From Bacteroidia bacterium (lineage in GTDB: Bacteria > Bacteroidota > Bacteroidia > NS11-12g > UBA9320): a stretch of DNA of 64,000 bases. Shown here one piece after another: positions 61,074 to 64,000 of this stretch. A program made the translations under genes and the position numbers. The notes beneath the pieces are model-generated. The model was not told the DNA's origin, did no database searches, and was given only the letters and a program-made list of their open reading frames with translations. The DNA lies in NCBI GenBank assembly GCA_965216465.1, contig CBDCFW010000005.1:320001-384000 (forward strand), written 5' to 3'. The stretch's first letter is position 1. Each line of letters opens with the position of its first letter.

Positions 61074-61973
61074 ATGTTTAAATATCTTGAAAATAGCAAG
61101 ATTGATAAATCGAAGTGGGACAATCTCGTTCGGCAATCTAAAAATGCTTCAGTGTTTAGCTTCTCTTGGTATTTAGATTCATTTTGCTCTTGGGATGCCA
61201 TCGTTTTTGACGATTTTGAAGGTGCTATTCCTCTCCCAGTTTCCAAAAAGTTGGGCTTAAAATTCTTGTTTCAACCAAACTTCATTCAAAAGTGCTCATG
61301 GTTTGGTCGCGAATTAAGTGAAAATGAACAAGAAGATCTCTGGAAAATATTGACCAAAAAATTTGCTTATATCCACTTCAATTCGAATCTAAAATTGACA
61401 TCAAATCATGTCGATAGAACAAACCTCATTTTAGCTCCAAATTCGATTGAAGTCATCAAGCAAAATTTCTCGAAATCACTCCGTAAGAATTTGAACCGAG
61501 AACCCCAGTTTAACATCTCCATCGGGAAGGAGGGTTTGAGCGACGTTATTCATCTATATAAAGATGCATATGGAAATCTTAATCCTCAAATTCTTCCTCA
61601 TCATTATAGCGAGCTAAAATTAATGCTCGAGTCGCAACCCAACCACTACTATACCTGCATAGTTCGTAATGGTGAAAAAATTCTAGCAGCCTTGCTCTTT
61701 GTTGAGCACAACAATCGCTTACACTACATTCTTGGAGCTCCTAACAAAGAAGGGCGTGAGTCAAATGCTCTTTCATTCGGCTTGTTTGAAACAATAAAGA
61801 AATACTGTACTCAAGGATACACCCTTGATTTTGAAGGCTCAAGCATCCCTTCTGTAAAACAGTTCTATGAATCATTTGGAACGGTTAATGAAGGTTTTTA
61901 TGAGATAGCTTTCAGCCCAAGTAAAACGATAAGTGCATTAAAAAAGGCTTATAGCAAATTCAAAAGGTCATAG
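61074..61973 (+). CDS. FemAB/GNAT-fold hypothetical protein
   Basis: IDKSKWD, F.FSWYLD and LDFEGS..PSV..FY.SFG patterns of Bacteroidota GNAT-like proteins. Confidence 0.65.
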   Translation: MFKYLENSKIDKSKWDNLVRQSKNASVFSFSWYLDSFCSWDAIVFDDFEGAIPLPVSKKLGLKFLFQPNFIQKCSWFGRELSENEQEDLWKILTKKFAYIHFNSNLKLTSNHVDRTNLILAPNSIEVIKQNFSKSLRKNLNREPQFNISIGKEGLSDVIHLYKDAYGNLNPQILPHHYSELKLMLESQPNHYYTCIVRNGEKILAALLFVEHNNRLHYILGAPNKEGRESNALSFGLFETIKKYCTQGYTLDFEGSSIPSVKQFYESFGTVNEGFYEIAFSPSKTISALKKAYSKFKRS

Positions 61974-62662
61974 GTTAATGGCACCTCTGAGGTGAAACCC
62001 TCTGCATACTCCTTTTGAATAATGCCTCCAAACTCTCTTGCACGAGCTTCTAAACTGCTTAAAAACTGCTTTGAGCTTATTGGAGTTTGAGGTCCTTTAT
62101 CTGCTGGGTTATAAAATTGACTCGAATAAGCCAAGATGCTTTTCATCTTAACTTCATATTCAGCAGTAATATCAATAACAATATCAGGCCTAGTGTGATA
62201 GTATTGTATATAGTTAAAGATGTGCTTTGGTCGCCAGTGTGCCTGTTGCTCACCTTCGAGTACGGTTTCAATATTTTTTAGACCTGACAAGAACGAGGCT
62301 TGTTTAATCAGTTCTGCTCCCGCAGGATGGTCAATGTGTCTATCGTTAACTGCATTGGCAAGAACAATCTCAGGGCGATATTTTCTTAACATCTCTATTA
62401 CGCGTAGTTTCGATTGTTTGTCAGTTGATAGCCAACCATCACCCAAATCAAGATTTTCGCGTGCATCTAGCTCCAAGATTTCTGAAGCCGCTTTCGCTTC
62501 AGCTGCTCTAATTTCTGCTGATCCTCTTGTACCCAACTCGCCGCGAGTTAAGTCAACAATTCCAATCTTTTTTCCTGCTTTCTTTAATTTATAGAGGGTG
62601 CCTGAACAAGATAACTCGACATCGTCAGGATGTGCACCAAAAGCCAATACGTCTAACTTCAT
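61949..62662 (-). CDS. bshB1: bacillithiol biosynthesis deacetylase (PIG-L family)
   Basis: GAHPDDVEL, DLTRGELGTRG, RHIDH, YSSQF and YAEGF motifs. Confidence 0.88.
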   Translation of the reverse strand: MKLDVLAFGAHPDDVELSCSGTLYKLKKAGKKIGIVDLTRGELGTRGSAEIRAAEAKAASEILELDARENLDLGDGWLSTDKQSKLRVIEMLRKYRPEIVLANAVNDRHIDHPAGAELIKQASFLSGLKNIETVLEGEQQAHWRPKHIFNYIQYYHTRPDIVIDITAEYEVKMKSILAYSSQFYNPADKGPQTPISSKQFLSSLEARAREFGGIIQKEYAEGFTSEVPLTYDLLNLL

Positions 62663-62683
62663 ATTCTAGGAAACAAATATAAC

Positions 62684-63253
62684 TTACTCTAGTTTTGCAT
62701 TCTTAATGATGTACTCAATTTGATAGTCTTCTATCGGATCAAATTTTACATCAATCTCGGCATCGTACATTTTTGCCCATAGTCCATAGAACATCGTACT
62801 CGCACTTCCACGATACTTTTTCAATATTTCGTAAGTCGTATTGCCTGTTTCGCGATGAATAAGTTTAATTAAGAGTTTACCTTGAGTTACAGATAGATTT
62901 TCAAGCTGTTCCTTAAATTCATCGATAATAGCATCTTCGGTCGCTTTAATGTACTTCCGCTTGGCCTTTTTAGAAGACAGTTGTTGTAGATTGTCTTCCA
63001 TCATTTGCAATCTGAATGCAGCAAGCTTTGCATATGGCATAACCTTTTTTACGTTTCTTACAAGCCTAAGATATTTTTCTTGCTCTTCTTTAGATGTAAA
63101 CTCCTTTAATAAGAACTCATCAAACGAGTACACGTAAAACGTATCTCCATCCATCACCACTTTTCTTACCAAAATTGTTGAGTCTGGACTTACGGTTTGA
63201 GCCAACCCAGAATAACCAACTGCGATCAATATTAAAAGAATAAACTTTCTCAT
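62684..63253 (-). CDS. DUF4294-like exported protein
   Basis: Signal peptide; Y.RL..NVKKV.PYAK and QGKLLIKLIHRETG motifs. Start ATG 63253 (or 63259). Confidence 0.72.
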   Translation of the reverse strand: MRKFILLILIAVGYSGLAQTVSPDSTILVRKVVMDGDTFYVYSFDEFLLKEFTSKEEQEKYLRLVRNVKKVMPYAKLAAFRLQMMEDNLQQLSSKKAKRKYIKATEDAIIDEFKEQLENLSVTQGKLLIKLIHRETGNTTYEILKKYRGSASTMFYGLWAKMYDAEIDVKFDPIEDYQIEYIIKNAKLE

Positions 63254-63266
63254 CTGCATTATACAA

Positions 63267-63282
63267 TTCAATTAACGTGCCA
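63267..63282 (-). promoter_or_regulatory. sigma54-like -24/-12 promoter (variant -12)
   Basis: Minus strand TGGCACGTTAATTGAA in the 29-nt gap between recO and the DUF4294-like gene. Confidence 0.65.
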
Positions 63283-63993
63283 TTAGTTTAGTAACTCAGA
63301 AAGTATATCAACCGATTTTATTGATTTATTTCGAGCAAGGTGCACTTGATAGTACTGAATTAACGTTTTCAAGCACGTTCTTCTTATATCTGGTGCAAAG
63401 TTAGAACTTTGAGTATCATGATTTCGAAGTAGATCAGATATTGCCTTAGAAACTTCAAGACTAGCACACCGTTCTGATGCTTGCTGGGCAAACACCCCGT
63501 CAATTAAATTGAAGTAAGGAGTTTGTGCAGAATACTGCCCTTGAGGTTGAAATCCCAAGTATTCTGAAAACTGAAGTAGAAATGTAATCGGAAAAGTTGA
63601 ATGAACATCATTACTCTCTAAATTAACAATGGCCTGTTCAACAAAGTCAAACAATTCAAATTCACACAGCTCCTCTTCAATGCTATAATTCAGCATTTCA
63701 ATCAGAAATAAAGCAATGGTCTTTTTAACCATGTCAGCATGAATATTATGAAGCAACGGTCGATTCTTAAGCTCTTTAATACGATTAATACTTGAGCTAG
63801 GTTTTTCATAAACATCCATTTCTACAATTGATAATGGAAGTATCATAGAAGGCTTTATTGCAGACTTTCCTTTTCTTACACCGTTAATCATGTATGTACG
63901 CAAACCAAACTCACGCGTATACATTTTAGAAATTACACTACTTTCTGAGTAATTGGTATTTTTAAGAACTATGGCTCGAGTTTTAGCCAGCAT
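63283..63993 (-). CDS. recO: DNA repair protein RecO
   Basis: TRAIVLK...YSESS.I...YTREFG, LGFQP and FNLIDG motifs. Confidence 0.9.
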   Translation of the reverse strand: MLAKTRAIVLKNTNYSESSVISKMYTREFGLRTYMINGVRKGKSAIKPSMILPLSIVEMDVYEKPSSSINRIKELKNRPLLHNIHADMVKKTIALFLIEMLNYSIEEELCEFELFDFVEQAIVNLESNDVHSTFPITFLLQFSEYLGFQPQGQYSAQTPYFNLIDGVFAQQASERCASLEVSKAISDLLRNHDTQSSNFAPDIRRTCLKTLIQYYQVHLARNKSIKSVDILSELLN

Positions 63994-64000
63994 TTATCTT

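Noticed and set aside
1-64000. CRISPR arrays, tRNA/rRNA genes, IS elements, prophage or defence genes
   Set aside because: No regularly spaced repeats, cloverleaf or rRNA-like tracts, transposases or integrases seen by eye; tRNAscan, Infernal and repeat finders were not run.

Overview
This 64-kb window comes from a compact, AT-rich Bacteroidota chromosome. The assignment is inferred from TAnnTTTG promoters, T9SS cargo proteins, fused secDF and the absence of tuf after fusA. Most of it is housekeeping: sdhCAB, pyrD, mlaD/amidase/lptD, uvrA, speA plus a deoxyhypusine-synthase-like gene, topA, aroB-aroA-aroC, secDF, udk, a TetR-TolC-MFP-RND efflux operon, the str/S10/spc/alpha ribosomal supercluster, bshB1 and recO. 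I saw no rRNA, tRNA, CRISPR array or mobile element. Four signals stand out. (1) A small regulatory island (about 42.0-44.1 kb) holds a stand-alone LuxR-HTH protein behind a long structured leader. It also holds a NarL-type regulator whose only two cysteines replace acidic-pocket aspartates, including the phospho-acceptor, plus shared AAAATACCC boxes and an ArsC/Spx-fold thiol protein. This is a candidate thiol-switch regulatory module. (2) Three copies of a sigma54-like promoter with a variant -12 element (TGGCWC-N4-ATTGAA) each precede an uncharacterised exported protein. (3) uvrA appears to need a non-canonical ATC start codon. (4) A perfect inverted repeat, probably the operator, precedes the TetR gene. 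All functional calls come from motif recognition by eye; no database searches were run.
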